Shown here piece by piece: positions 7,321 through 16,914 of a stretch of 64,000 bases of DNA. Location of the stretch: the NCBI GenBank assembly GCA_903885565.1, contig CAISJI010000055.1, positions 1,563 through 65,562 of the forward strand. The letters run 5' to 3'. The notes under the pieces are model-generated. The model saw only the letters and a list, made by a program, of their open reading frames with translations, searched no databases and had not been told where the DNA came from. A program made the translations under genes and the position numbers. Within the stretch, counting starts at the first letter, position 1, and every line of letters starts with the position of its first letter. Source of the DNA: an uncultured Planctomycetaceae bacterium (lineage in GTDB: Bacteria; Planctomycetota; Planctomycetia; Pirellulales; UBA1268).

Positions 7321-10254
7321 TCAAGCAGCCAGAGATGCTTGCTTCAAACGCTTCAACTGCCGCTGGCGTCTATACCGCCAAGCCGCTATTCCAATGCCGA
7401 GCACAGCTCCGAGAATCGTGGAAGGCTCCGGCACGACCACCAGACTTCCGGTCGCTTGAGAAAACATGAGCGACTGTCCGTTGCCCACATCGGCCGTCCA
7501 GACCCCGGAAACCCCGGGACCATTGAATACCAACCCGCCGTAGACACTTCCCACCGAAGCAAGACTTGTGATCGACTCAAAATCTTCATGGGCGGTGCCG
7601 GTGAAATCAAAGAGGTGGAAAACTGTCCAATCGGAAAATGTCTGTGTGTTCCAAAACGTCAGTCCAAGTGCACCGCCATAGGTCAACCCGCCAGGATTGC
7701 TCACAACGAGGGAGTCGTAGTTGACCCCCGCGGTTCCCGCCTGATTCCCCGATCCCTGAATATCCATCAGCGTCGTAGCGGTGGAGGCAGAGCCTCCGAG
7801 CAGCAGGGAGCCGACCGCGAGGTCGCCGTAGAGCGATCCGCCTGAGCTTCCAATCGACAACGTGCCAGAATCGGCAACGGTGACGCTGCCGAGGATCGTT
7901 CCATCACCGGAAAGTTGTGTACCGCCCCCGACAGTGACATCGGTATCGCCGAGCTGGCCGGTCACGACCAAACCACCAGCGTTCAGGGCCGTGTCGCCCG
8001 TGTAATTGCTCGTCCCCGAGACCGTGAGGGTTCCAGAACCATCTTTCGTCAGTCCACCAGCACCCAGCAGGATACTGCTGCCGATCGCCGTGTCGCCAGC
8101 CCCACCAACCGTGAGACCCAGACCATCAAGATTCGATCCGATCGTGCTGGAAGTCAGAACGAGGAGCCCGGCATCGGTGTTGATTCGACTGTCGTTACCA
8201 AGAACGACAGGGCCGGCAAATGTGTTGGTGCCACTGATGCTTCGCAATGCACCCCCACCATTCACACCAACGCCATTGAGCGAAAGGGCCTCCCCGGCCA
8301 CAGAGATTCCGCCCTGCAATTCCAGAGTGGCAGAAGAATCGACCAAGGTTCCCGCAGCCGTTCCGCCCAGAGCAGAGGAGTTTTGAACATTCAGGACGCC
8401 AGCGTTAATCCGGGTGAGCCCCGCATACGAATTACTTCCCGTCAGCGTGAGCCGACCGCTGCCATCCTTGGTGAGCGTGCCGGCCCCCGTATTGATGCTG
8501 CTGCCGATCAACGTGTCGCCAGCCCCACCAACGGTCAGGCCGTAGCCCGCCCCGGCGATCGTTCCGGAGTTCAGCACAAGCCGATCCGCATCCGAGTTGA
8601 TCCGGGAATTGGCTCCAAGTGTGACTCCTCCGGAAAAGACGTTCGTTCCACTGATATTCCGCAACGCACCCCCACCACTCACGCCGGTGCCACTGATCGC
8701 CAGCGACTCACCCGCCACCGTCAGCCCACCTTGCAGTTCCAACGCGGCGCCGGAGTTCACCACCGCGCCGGCAGTGGAACTGCCAAGGGCTGCCGCGTTT
8801 TGGATGTTCAGCGCACCGCCAGCCACCGTTGTCAGACCGGAGTAGCTATTGCTGCCGGTCAGCGTCAGCACGCCACTCCCCTGTTTCGTGACGGCGCCCG
8901 AACCACTGATCGAGCCAGCGTAAGTGAGGGCGCTGGAGCGATTGAACACGAGCGTGGAATTGTCGACGATGTTTCCGGTGATCGAACCGCTCGTGCCCCC
9001 CGCACCAATCGAGAGCGTGCCGCCCGAAACCGTCGTGAGGCCGGTGAAGGTGTTCGAACCGGTGAACGACAGCACTCCTGCCCCCTGCTTCAGAACCGCA
9101 CCCGAACCACTGATCGAGCCGGCGTAGGTCAAGGCGTCAGAGCGATTGAATACGAGCGTCGCGTTATCGACGATATCGCCCGTGATCGAACCACTCGTGC
9201 CCCCAGCCCCAACCTGGAGCGTGCCCGACTCGACTGTCGTCAGGCCCGAATAGGTATTGTTCGCCGAGAGCGTGAGCAATCCCGCGCTGCTCGACGTGCT
9301 CGTGAGGCTCAGTCCAGCCGACCCGGAAACAACGCCACTGATCGCGAGATTGCGAACGCCGCCCGCAGTCCCGCCGAGCGTCACGTCGAGCACTCCAGAC
9401 GTCGTCACGACTGCCAAGGCAATCGTGTCGGTCAGCGACGAATAACCGACCGGCGACTCCGTGACGATCGAGCCACCGGCTCCAAACTGCACGGAACTTC
9501 CCGAGAGCGTGAAGGGGACAATCGAACTGGCCACACCGCTGCCAGAGACCACCAACCCAGGAGGATTATTCAGCGTTTCCGCGACGTAACTGCCCGATGT
9601 GTCCAGCTGGCCAAATTTATCGGGCGGAGAGGTGGCGTTGCCATAAAGAACGGTATTGCCGCCCATATTGAACGAGCCAACAAACGCGTTCAACGATGTG
9701 TTGTAGTTAAAATCAAGCAGCGCATAACTGACAACACCTCCCGTGGCGTTGACAAAGGTGCCGAGCGAAGTACCGGTCGTCACATTCGAGAAGCTGACGG
9801 AAAGATCGAGGAGACCTTGATTCGACGTGCCAGTGGCCGACACCGTGCCGCCGATCGCCAGAGAGGGCGTATACGTGAAGGAACCGGCGCCAGAAAACGC
9901 CTGGTTGTACGAGGGAGAGCCGTTGTCGTTTCCCGTGCCAGACCAGGAGAAGGTCTTCGTGACGGTCTGCGGCGGATTCGCAAAGCGCAACTGCGAAACG
10001 CCAAAAAGAGACGTGGCGTTGGTGCTGGAGGTCTGGGTGGTTCCCGTGAAGACGAGCGTCGTGGATGAAGTTCCGCTGACAGGCGCCGATCCGCCTTGCC
10101 AATTACCGCCTGTTCCCCACAGCGCATTGCTCCCCGACCCTGACCACGTATAGCCCGCTGCCTCAACTGCAGCGCCGTTCACGGCTGCCACAAAGGCAAG
10201 CAGGATCGCCGGCACCCACCGACCAAACCGGGCCATCATTCGCTGCGAAGTCAT
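7321..10254 (-). CDS. PEP-CTERM sorting-domain protein with autotransporter-associated beta-strand repeats
   Basis: C-terminus VVPEPSTILGAVLGIGIAAWRYRRQRQ is a PEP-CTERM motif plus TM plus basic tail. Signal-like N-terminus MTSQRMMARFGRWVPAILLAFVAAVNGAAVEA. Central repeats of type LTLTGSNSYSGLTTV.GG.L (PATR-like). The track ORF extends to 10332. Confidence 0.85.
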   Translation of the reverse strand: MTSQRMMARFGRWVPAILLAFVAAVNGAAVEAAGYTWSGSGSNALWGTGGNWQGGSAPVSGTSSTTLVFTGTTQTSSTNATSLFGVSQLRFANPPQTVTKTFSWSGTGNDNGSPSYNQAFSGAGSFTYTPSLAIGGTVSATGTSNQGLLDLSVSFSNVTTGTSLGTFVNATGGVVSYALLDFNYNTSLNAFVGSFNMGGNTVLYGNATSPPDKFGQLDTSGSYVAETLNNPPGLVVSGSGVASSIVPFTLSGSSVQFGAGGSIVTESPVGYSSLTDTIALAVVTTSGVLDVTLGGTAGGVRNLAISGVVSGSAGLSLTSTSSSAGLLTLSANNTYSGLTTVESGTLQVGAGGTSGSITGDIVDNATLVFNRSDALTYAGSISGSGAVLKQGAGVLSFTGSNTFTGLTTVSGGTLSIGAGGTSGSITGNIVDNSTLVFNRSSALTYAGSISGSGAVTKQGSGVLTLTGSNSYSGLTTVAGGALNIQNAAALGSSTAGAVVNSGAALELQGGLTVAGESLAISGTGVSGGGALRNISGTNVFSGGVTLGANSRINSDADRLVLNSGTIAGAGYGLTVGGAGDTLIGSSINTGAGTLTKDGSGRLTLTGSNSYAGLTRINAGVLNVQNSSALGGTAAGTLVDSSATLELQGGISVAGEALSLNGVGVNGGGALRSISGTNTFAGPVVLGNDSRINTDAGLLVLTSSTIGSNLDGLGLTVGGAGDTAIGSSILLGAGGLTKDGSGTLTVSGTSNYTGDTALNAGGLVVTGQLGDTDVTVGGGTQLSGDGTILGSVTVADSGTLSIGSSGGSLYGDLAVGSLLLGGSASTATTLMDIQGSGNQAGTAGVNYDSLVVSNPGGLTYGGALGLTFWNTQTFSDWTVFHLFDFTGTAHEDFESITSLASVGSVYGGLVFNGPGVSGVWTADVGNGQSLMFSQATGSLVVVPEPSTILGAVLGIGIAAWRYRRQRQLKRLKQASLAA
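7960..9285 (-). repeat. internal tandem coding repeats in PEP-CTERM gene 1 (approximate limits)
   Basis: Two ~58-aa units (GLTTV.SGTL..GAGGTSGSITG.IVDN.TLVFNRS.ALTYAGSISGSGAV.KQG.GVL) and two ~135-aa units (LTLTGSNSY.GLT...LELQGG..VAGE.L...GGGALR.ISGTN.F...SRIN.DA..LVL...GLTVGGAGDT.IGSSI..GAG.LTKDGSG). The duplication is also visible at nucleotide level around 8940-9285. Confidence 0.7.
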
Positions 10255-10525
10255 CAAAAAAGCCTCCTCTGCAACAGACAGGTGTGTCTCGAAATCGGCG
10301 AGAACCATCGTCTCCACCAAGGCCCAAGACATCCGCCGCTGGATTTAGGCGGGGGGAATCCATTCCGATCCAGCAGATCGGCTGGCCGCGTCCCGGTGCT
10401 GCCTACCGCAACCGGGGCACAGGAATTTCCGAAAGCCACGAAGGACTTTTGGAAACCCCGCGCCAGTAGGACGGCAGGTTAGCCCATCCCACAACAAAGC
10501 ACAACAGGCACCCCCCCTTAAGGAG

Positions 10526-10574
10526 GTCAACGGCTTCGCCAGAAAATCCTTAAGCCGTTGACAGAAAACGGCTT
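10526..10574 (-). promoter_or_regulatory. three-element mutually exclusive hairpin set between the two PEP-CTERM genes
   Basis: GTCAACGGCTT (10526-10536) is the reverse complement of AAGCCGTTGAC (10552-10562). AAGCCGTT (10552-10559) is also the reverse complement of AACGGCTT (10567-10574). The middle element can therefore pair with either neighbour. Located 41-89 nt downstream of the stop of the 10615-13494 gene. Confidence 0.3.
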
Positions 10575-10614
10575 ACGGCAAGAACACCGGCACCCTGTTT
10601 TTTGCCCAGCCGAA

Positions 10615-13494
10615 TCACACGGTCTGGCCAGCGGAGAGAACCTGCGGCCGCCGCCGACACCGTCGCCACACAGAAATCGCGATGCCGATTCCAGCAAACA
10701 CGATCGTGGCAGGCTCAGGCACCACCACGAGGGTGCCGGAAGCCTCGTAAAAGAGAAGCGTCTGGCCATTGCTGGCCTGCGCCTCCCACACCCAGTAGTC
10801 ACCTGACCCTACGGTATGGGTGAAAATGAGATCGTTGTAGTCGGTTACGACCGAGGCGAGCGTCTGGATCGATCCAAAGTGATCCGTCGTGGCTCCGGTG
10901 AAGTCGAAGAGACGAAACACGCTCCAATCAGCAAAGGCTTGCGTATTCCAGAAGTCGAGTTGCAACTTGCCGCCATACTCGAGGCCATTTGTATTGGTGA
11001 TGTTCAGGGAGTCGTAGTCGACACCGGCCACCCCAGGATGCGTTCCCAACCCGTGGATGTCGAGGAGCGTTGTGCTGGTCGAATTGACTCCACCCAACAG
11101 GAGCGAACCAACCGCAAGATCCCCCACGCTTCCCGGCAGCAAATCGCCCGGCGCAAGCGTCCCGGAATCGAGTACCGTCACGACACCACCTGCTGAGCCA
11201 TTGCCCCCGAGCGTTGCACCGGCATGGACGTCCACAGCTGTGTTGCCAAGTTGGCCGTCAACGATAAGCGCTCCACCCAGCACGTTTGTATCGCCTGTAT
11301 AGGTGCTTGTGCCGCTGAGAACCGTGGTGCCGAGGAGTTGGTTGACGGTGAGCACCCCCTGCATGCTGGCCCCGAGATCAAGGCTCCCGCTATGGTTGAA
11401 ATTCACCACCCCAGCCCCAGCTCCACCCTCGATCGCCCCGGCTGCCAGCGTGCCGGCAGTGCCTCCGGTACCAATATTCAGCGTCCCCTGCGAGCCTGCA
11501 GCGAGCCCCAGATAGATCCGGCCGCTCCCCTCGCCCACGGCAACCGTCCCACTGTCGACAAGGTTGAGTGTGCCCTGCCCCGACTGGCCAACGAAGAGCG
11601 ATGTGCCGGTGGTCCATGAACCACCACTCACATTCACCACCCCGCTCGAACCGGCGTTCTGCCCCACAACACCGAAGGCACCAGACACGTTACCGCCGGA
11701 GATAGAGAGCCCGCCTGTGCCCGATGACCCAACCAGCAGCGTGTCGCTATTGAGCCACTGGCCACCGGTGACAACGGCGGTGCCACTGCTCCCAGCCTGA
11801 GTGCCAACAAAGCCGTTGACGTCGGAAACCGTGCCTCCGGTGATCAACAGGGAGCCACTTCCCAAGGAGCCAACGTAGAGATTACTGGTGTTTTCCCAGA
11901 CCCCGCCACTCACCGTGGCGGTGCCGCTCGCTCCGGCCACCACCCCCAGGAAACCGAACTCATCGGTCACCTTGCCGCCGCTGACATACAACTGACCACT
12001 TCCGTAGGTTCCCACCTGAAGTTGCTGGCTGCTGCTGAACGTGCCGCTCGAGACAGTGGCGGTGCCGGTTGACCCGGCGAGAAATCCAACAATCCCCAGC
12101 GTGGTGGTGACCGTACCGCCCGTCACGTTCAACGAACCGTCGCCGGAAGAGCCCACGTAGAGATTGTTCCCCGTGCTCCACGTCCCGCTACTGACATTGG
12201 CTTCACCGCGGGAACCGGCAAATGTCCCGACGTAGGCATCGCTATCGGTGACCGTGCCGCCGCTGACGTTTAACACACCCGTTCCGGAAGACCCCACTTG
12301 GATGGAGTCGCTGTTGTTCCACACCCCACCACTCACTGTGGCGGTACCACTCGACCCGGCCACCACGCCCACGAGTCCGTATTGATCTGTCAGCGATCCA
12401 CTCGTGATCACCAAGGCACCAGACGTTCCGGAGGTCACCCCCACCTGAGTCAACTGCCCCGCCTGGCTGACGACTGCTCCCTGATCAAGGAGCAGAGTTC
12501 CCGTCGAGATAACAGTGCCGGCACCATAGCTGTTGCTGCCGGTGAGCGTGAGCGTTCCCGAGCCACCATTGAGAGTCAAACCGCCGGTGCCGGAAATTGG
12601 GCCGGTCATCGCCAAATTCCTGACGCTCCCTGCGCTGCCACCGAGCGTCACTGTGAAGCCGCCAGCACTGGTCACCACAGGCATCGCGATCGTGTCGGTC
12701 AGCGACGGTCCGCCCTGAGGCGATTCGGTAACTATGGAACCGCCACCCGCGATCTGGATCGAACTGCCCGAAAGCGTGAACGGGACCAAATTGCTCGCGG
12801 CCGATCCGGTCAACGTCAGGCCGCTGACTCCAGTGGTGTCGTCGAGAAAACCACTCGGACCGTTCAGCTCGCTGAATGGGGCGGGAGGAGCAGTTGCCTG
12901 CCCGTTCAGGACGTAAGCCCCACCGAACTGAAAGTCTCTGACGAACTGGTTGGCCTGCGTGTCAAAATTGAACACCAGATCGCTGTAGGTAACGGCCCCT
13001 CCAGTGGCATTGGTGTAGCTTGCCAGCGGAGACTGAGCCGGATTGCTGAAACTGATATTGAGGCTGTTCAAGCCGTTGTTGCTGCCACCTTCCGGGGTTG
13101 AGGACCCGGAAGCCGAAACGACACCGCCGACGGCCGCCGACGGGGTGTAGGAAAAGGTACCGCTGGCTGTATAGCCGGTCGACCCAGCCCAGGAGAACGT
13201 TCTCGTCACAGAGGCCACTGGGGAGACGAAGCGGAGCTGGGAAACGCCAAACAGGGGCGTGGAATTGACGCTTGAAGGCTGAGCGGTCCCCGAAAAGGCC
13301 AAGATGTTGGAAAGGCTGCTGGTCGGAGCCGTGCCCCCCTCCCAGTTACTGCCGGTCGTCCACTGGTTGTTGTTCCCTGCACCGTTCCACGTGTAGGTCG
13401 CTCCGAGAGCGACACCAGCTGTCGGGCAGACCCCTAAAAGCAGCAGCAGAAGCCGAACGAGACGTGGTGATGAGGCTTGCACAATGGTCTCCAT
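10615..13494 (-). CDS. PEP-CTERM sorting-domain protein with ~41-aa T5SS/PEP-CTERM-type repeats
   Basis: C-terminus VVPEPATIVFAGIGIAISVWRRCRRRP (PEP-CTERM). N-terminus METIVQASSPRLVRLLLLLLGVCPTAGVALG. Central repeats GTATVSGG.W.....L.VG..G.G.L.V.GG.V.......G...G. The N- and C-terminal regions are paralogous to the 7321-10254 gene. The track ORF extends to 13530. Confidence 0.85.
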   Translation of the reverse strand: METIVQASSPRLVRLLLLLLGVCPTAGVALGATYTWNGAGNNNQWTTGSNWEGGTAPTSSLSNILAFSGTAQPSSVNSTPLFGVSQLRFVSPVASVTRTFSWAGSTGYTASGTFSYTPSAAVGGVVSASGSSTPEGGSNNGLNSLNISFSNPAQSPLASYTNATGGAVTYSDLVFNFDTQANQFVRDFQFGGAYVLNGQATAPPAPFSELNGPSGFLDDTTGVSGLTLTGSAASNLVPFTLSGSSIQIAGGGSIVTESPQGGPSLTDTIAMPVVTSAGGFTVTLGGSAGSVRNLAMTGPISGTGGLTLNGGSGTLTLTGSNSYGAGTVISTGTLLLDQGAVVSQAGQLTQVGVTSGTSGALVITSGSLTDQYGLVGVVAGSSGTATVSGGVWNNSDSIQVGSSGTGVLNVSGGTVTDSDAYVGTFAGSRGEANVSSGTWSTGNNLYVGSSGDGSLNVTGGTVTTTLGIVGFLAGSTGTATVSSGTFSSSQQLQVGTYGSGQLYVSGGKVTDEFGFLGVVAGASGTATVSGGVWENTSNLYVGSLGSGSLLITGGTVSDVNGFVGTQAGSSGTAVVTGGQWLNSDTLLVGSSGTGGLSISGGNVSGAFGVVGQNAGSSGVVNVSGGSWTTGTSLFVGQSGQGTLNLVDSGTVAVGEGSGRIYLGLAAGSQGTLNIGTGGTAGTLAAGAIEGGAGAGVVNFNHSGSLDLGASMQGVLTVNQLLGTTVLSGTSTYTGDTNVLGGALIVDGQLGNTAVDVHAGATLGGNGSAGGVVTVLDSGTLAPGDLLPGSVGDLAVGSLLLGGVNSTSTTLLDIHGLGTHPGVAGVDYDSLNITNTNGLEYGGKLQLDFWNTQAFADWSVFRLFDFTGATTDHFGSIQTLASVVTDYNDLIFTHTVGSGDYWVWEAQASNGQTLLFYEASGTLVVVPEPATIVFAGIGIAISVWRRCRRRPQVLSAGQTV
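11490..12440 (-). repeat. internal tandem ~41-aa coding repeats in PEP-CTERM gene 2 (approximate limits)
   Basis: About 8-9 consecutive units such as SGTATVSGGVWNNSDSIQVGSSGTGVLNVSGGTVTDSDAYVGTFAG / SRGEANVSSGTWSTGNNLYVGSSGDGSLNVTGGTVTTTLGIVGFLAG. Confidence 0.7.
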
Positions 13495-13571
13495 ACCGAG
13501 GGATGCTCTGTCCCAATGCTGGCCCGACATGGTGTCGGAACAATCGCAATTGACCTTGGATTTTCAAGGAT

Positions 13572-13611
13572 AAAAACGCATGCGTCTTCTCGCAATTCAG
13601 CATGCTTTTTT
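13572..13611 (-). terminator. weak hairpin with flanking A/T runs, possible terminator of the gmd-fcl unit
   Basis: AAAAAC-GCATGC-(16 nt)-GCATGC-TTTTTT. The two GCATGC hexamers are self-complementary and flanked by an A5 and a T6 run. On the minus strand the hairpin is followed by GTTTTT. Short stem, so weak. Confidence 0.3.
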
Positions 13612-14000
13612 CGCGCCGACACTCCACGGGGAGTTCGATACAGCTACGAATCGGCTGCGGATGCTGATCTGCTGAAAAGGCACCATCTCGTTTGTCAACA
13701 AATTCGATACTAGCAGCGGTAAACCGGGGAAGCAAGGCAATTTCTCCCGACGGACAAGCCTGCTCGCTGGCTACGAAAAAAAGCCCATCCATGGCCCTCT
13801 GGCTGGAAGACAACCCACGAATTCGACGGCAGAAAAACGCCCCGATCGAGGTCCCGACTGGCTTTTCCTCGGCCACCCGCCGCCGCATTCAACGCCGTCC
13901 CCCCGTCTTCTCAGCCTGGACAGGCTCCCCAGACACTTCCCGCGGACGTCATTTGGGGTTGTTTCCGGAAAACTTGGGGGCGGAGTCAGCGCTGCTCTCC

Positions 14001-14987
14001 TCAACCACGGATTGGGGGTGAACCGGGATCAGACGCATCCCTGCCATGCTCCCGCCACCACCGCACCGTCGCGGCAAGCCCTCCGTCGAAGTTCTGTACA
14101 GGCTGCCAGCCGAGAAGACGGCGGGCCTGCGTGATGTCGAGCGCACGGCGTGGCTGCCCATCCGGCCTGCTCTCGTCCCAGACGATCCGACCGCCAAAGT
14201 CACAGGCTTTGGCAATCTTCCGGGCCAGTTCGCGAATCGAGATCTCGGTCCCCCCTCCAAGATTCACCGGCGCGGGTTCCTCCAGCACTTCTGCGGCACG
14301 AACAACCCCCTCGGCGGCATCGTCCACAAACAGAAACTCCCGCGTCGCCGCGCCGGTGCCCCAGCACACCACCTCCGCGGCGTTTTGGGCTCTGGCTTCC
14401 TCGCATTTCCGGATCAGGGCCGGAACGACATGGCTTGAACGCGGATCGAAATTATCGCCCGGACCATAGAGATTCACGGGAACCACCACGGCGCTCTGAA
14501 GACCGTACTGACGCAGGTAGCCATCGAGCATGACAAAAATTGCTTTTTTCGCCACGCCGTACGGGGCATTCGTTTCCTCGGGGTAGCCGTCCCAGATTGC
14601 ATCCTCCCGAAAAGGAACCGGACAGTGCTTCGGATAGGCACAGACCGTGCCGGTGTGGACAAACTTTTCCACGCCCCAGCGGCGGGCCTGCTCCACCAGA
14701 TGCATCCCCATCGCCATATTGGCATAGAAGAAGCGGCCAGGCTGCGCCATGTTGGCCCCAATGCCCCCCACCTCGGCGGCCAGATGGATCACGATATCCG
14801 GCTTGGCGGATTCGTAGAGTCGCTTCACTGCGACCTCATCGGTGAGATCGAAGTCGCGTTTTCGCGGCACAAACAGCCGCTCGGCGGGAACGCCTCGCGC
14901 CTCAAGCACTCGTGCCACCGCCCGCCCGAGAAACCCTGCGCCACCTGTCAGAACAATGCGCTTGGTTGCGAGATCTGTCATCCTCAT
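14001..14987 (-). CDS. fcl: GDP-L-fucose synthase (GDP-4-keto-6-deoxy-D-mannose 3,5-epimerase/4-reductase)
   Basis: VLTGGAGFLGRAV Rossmann motif, PYGVAKKA (YxxxK), NLYGPGDNFDPRSSHVVPALIRK, REFLFVDD and RPDGQPRRALD all parallel E. coli Fcl. Adjacent to gmd. Confidence 0.85.
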   Translation of the reverse strand: MRMTDLATKRIVLTGGAGFLGRAVARVLEARGVPAERLFVPRKRDFDLTDEVAVKRLYESAKPDIVIHLAAEVGGIGANMAQPGRFFYANMAMGMHLVEQARRWGVEKFVHTGTVCAYPKHCPVPFREDAIWDGYPEETNAPYGVAKKAIFVMLDGYLRQYGLQSAVVVPVNLYGPGDNFDPRSSHVVPALIRKCEEARAQNAAEVVCWGTGAATREFLFVDDAAEGVVRAAEVLEEPAPVNLGGGTEISIRELARKIAKACDFGGRIVWDESRPDGQPRRALDITQARRLLGWQPVQNFDGGLAATVRWWREHGRDASDPGSPPIRG

Positions 14988-15017
14988 CCTCCAACCGCCC
15001 CGCCTGCTGACACAGGC

Positions 15018-16070
15018 TCACCTCGCAAGAAGGCTTGTCCCGTGGCCAGCAGCCACCATCGCCTGCTCAGCTCGGGCAGACTGCAGGTCGGCATCAACCA
15101 TCATATCGACAAGACCGCAGAAGGATATGTGCGGCACCCACCCCAAAGATGTCCGCGCCTTGCGGGAACACCCGAGCAGAAGATCGACCTCGGCAGGCCG
15201 AAAATAGCGCGGATCAATCTCAATCAGATCGCGGTAGTCCAGCCCTAGTCTGCCGAAGGCTCGCTCGCAGAACTCCCGGACAGAATGCATTTCATCGGTG
15301 GATATCACGTAATCGTCGGGCACATCCTGCTGCAGCATCAACCACATCGCCCTGACGTAGTCGCCCGCAAAGCCCCAGTCGCGCTGGGCATCAAGATTTC
15401 CGAGATAGAGTTTTTTTTGCAGTCCGAGGCTGATCCGGGCCGCGGCTCGGGTGATCTTTCGCGTGACAAACGTTTCGCCCCGCCGCGGACTCTCATGGTT
15501 GAACAGAATGCCGCAGGAGGCATGCAGTCCGTAGCTCTCCCGGTAGTTGACCGTGATCCAATGGGCATACAGCTTGGCAACTCCATACGGACTGCGTGGA
15601 TGAAACGGCGTCGACTCCTTCTGGGGCGTCTCTACAGCCTTTCCATACATCTCCGAACTGGATGCCTGATAAAACCGAACCTGGCGGCCGGAAGCGTCCT
15701 GAACATCCCGTAATGCCTCCAAGAGCCGCAGCGTTCCCAAGGCAGTCACGTCCGCCGTATACGTCGGCTGGTCAAAGCTGACCCGCACATGGCTTTGAGC
15801 CGCGAGGTTATACACTTCGTCCGGCTCGATCTCCCGGATCAACCGCGACAGGCAACTGCCGTCGGCCATATCCCCATAATGGAGATGCAACGGGCGTTGT
15901 GACTCATGAACATCCCGGTAGAGATGCTCCAATCGCTGCGTTCCAAAGGTGCTCGATCTGCGGAGCAGCCCATGAACTTCATAACCCTTGGTGAGAAGAA
16001 ATTCGGCGAGATAGGAGCCGTCTTGCCCCGTGATGCCGGTGATGAACGCTCGCTTGATCGTCGTGTGCAT
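15018..16070 (-). CDS. gmd: GDP-mannose 4,6-dehydratase
   Basis: [63 protein letters not shown] and [20 protein letters not shown] are classical Gmd signatures. Confidence 0.92.
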   Translation of the reverse strand: MHTTIKRAFITGITGQDGSYLAEFLLTKGYEVHGLLRRSSTFGTQRLEHLYRDVHESQRPLHLHYGDMADGSCLSRLIREIEPDEVYNLAAQSHVRVSFDQPTYTADVTALGTLRLLEALRDVQDASGRQVRFYQASSSEMYGKAVETPQKESTPFHPRSPYGVAKLYAHWITVNYRESYGLHASCGILFNHESPRRGETFVTRKITRAAARISLGLQKKLYLGNLDAQRDWGFAGDYVRAMWLMLQQDVPDDYVISTDEMHSVREFCERAFGRLGLDYRDLIEIDPRYFRPAEVDLLLGCSRKARTSLGWVPHISFCGLVDMMVDADLQSARAEQAMVAAGHGTSLLAR

Positions 16071-16080
16071 GCCCCTGATT

Positions 16081-16782
16081 TCAACTTCCTGCCCGGGATT
16101 GTGCTACGGGTTCTGCGCTGGGCCCCTCGTTCTTCAATGCTTCGCTGAAGGCCGGCAAGAGTTCCGCCAGAAATCCGTTGCAGACCTCCCCCGCCTTGGC
16201 CGCCGACATTCCTGTCTGATCGAGGATCACGTAAAGCTTGTAGACGGAGGAACTGCCTGCCAATTCGATGCGGGCCAACTGTGGAGCGACCCACCGGTCG
16301 TCAACGCCGTAGGACCAGTAAATTCGCAGCAACTGCCCTGTTTTGCGAAAAGTGCCCACAAACACTTCCGCCTCCCGACCATCATTCAGCGCGATGGTTT
16401 CACGGTGTTCCGTTTCGGCAATCTCGAAGCCGGCGCCAGGATAACACCGGTCGGGCGTGTGGCCGGACGCGGCATGCGGGGTCGCGCAGACCACAAACAC
16501 CGCGATCTTCATGCCGGTATCGCGGTTCTCATAGAGCTTGGAAATATGGCTGACTGCGCCTGCGCGGTCCAACGCCTTCTGATCGGCTTCGAGATTCGCA
16601 TCGACTGACCATGCACCGGCACGGGTCGGAAACTTCTCCACCAGCACCTTCGACCTGGCTGCCAACTCACCGGCGATGTTGCGGTCGCTCCAGCGCTCCG
16701 TCCAGACCCCCTGAACTGCCGTCACTCCACACACCACAAGCAGGGCGACCAGGAAGGGGATGCCGTTTTTGAAGAGGCTCAT
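16081..16782 (-). CDS. exosortase-associated EpsI family protein
   Basis: N-terminal TM ([20 protein letters not shown]), then the periplasmic domain [14 protein letters not shown]...YWSYG...KLYVI typical of EpsI. Lies in the exosortase locus. The track ORF extends to 16821. Confidence 0.75.
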   Translation of the reverse strand: MSLFKNGIPFLVALLVVCGVTAVQGVWTERWSDRNIAGELAARSKVLVEKFPTRAGAWSVDANLEADQKALDRAGAVSHISKLYENRDTGMKIAVFVVCATPHAASGHTPDRCYPGAGFEIAETEHRETIALNDGREAEVFVGTFRKTGQLLRIYWSYGVDDRWVAPQLARIELAGSSSVYKLYVILDQTGMSAAKAGEVCNGFLAELLPAFSEALKNEGPSAEPVAQSRAGS

Positions 16783-16914
16783 AAAAACCACCGTCCTTCG
16801 GGAAATGTTTCCACCGCGCAACCATTGCCATCTACCAAGGATTCATTCCTGAACGCTCACACCGGTTTATCCGGCGGGGTGAGCCATGCCAAAAACATCC
16901 CGGCACACCACGCC

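Noticed and set aside
7915-10068. 717-aa ORF on the plus strand
   Set aside because: It is antisense to the PEP-CTERM gene. The product is Arg/Gly/Asp-rich nonsense with no motifs. This is a typical GC-rich antisense ORF, and the minus-strand product has clear signal, repeat and PEP-CTERM features.
13346-13888. 180-aa minus-strand ORF upstream of, and overlapping, the PEP-CTERM gene start
   Set aside because: It is out of frame with the PEP-CTERM gene and overlaps it. No motifs, Cys/Arg-rich composition. I treat 13531-14000 as non-coding.
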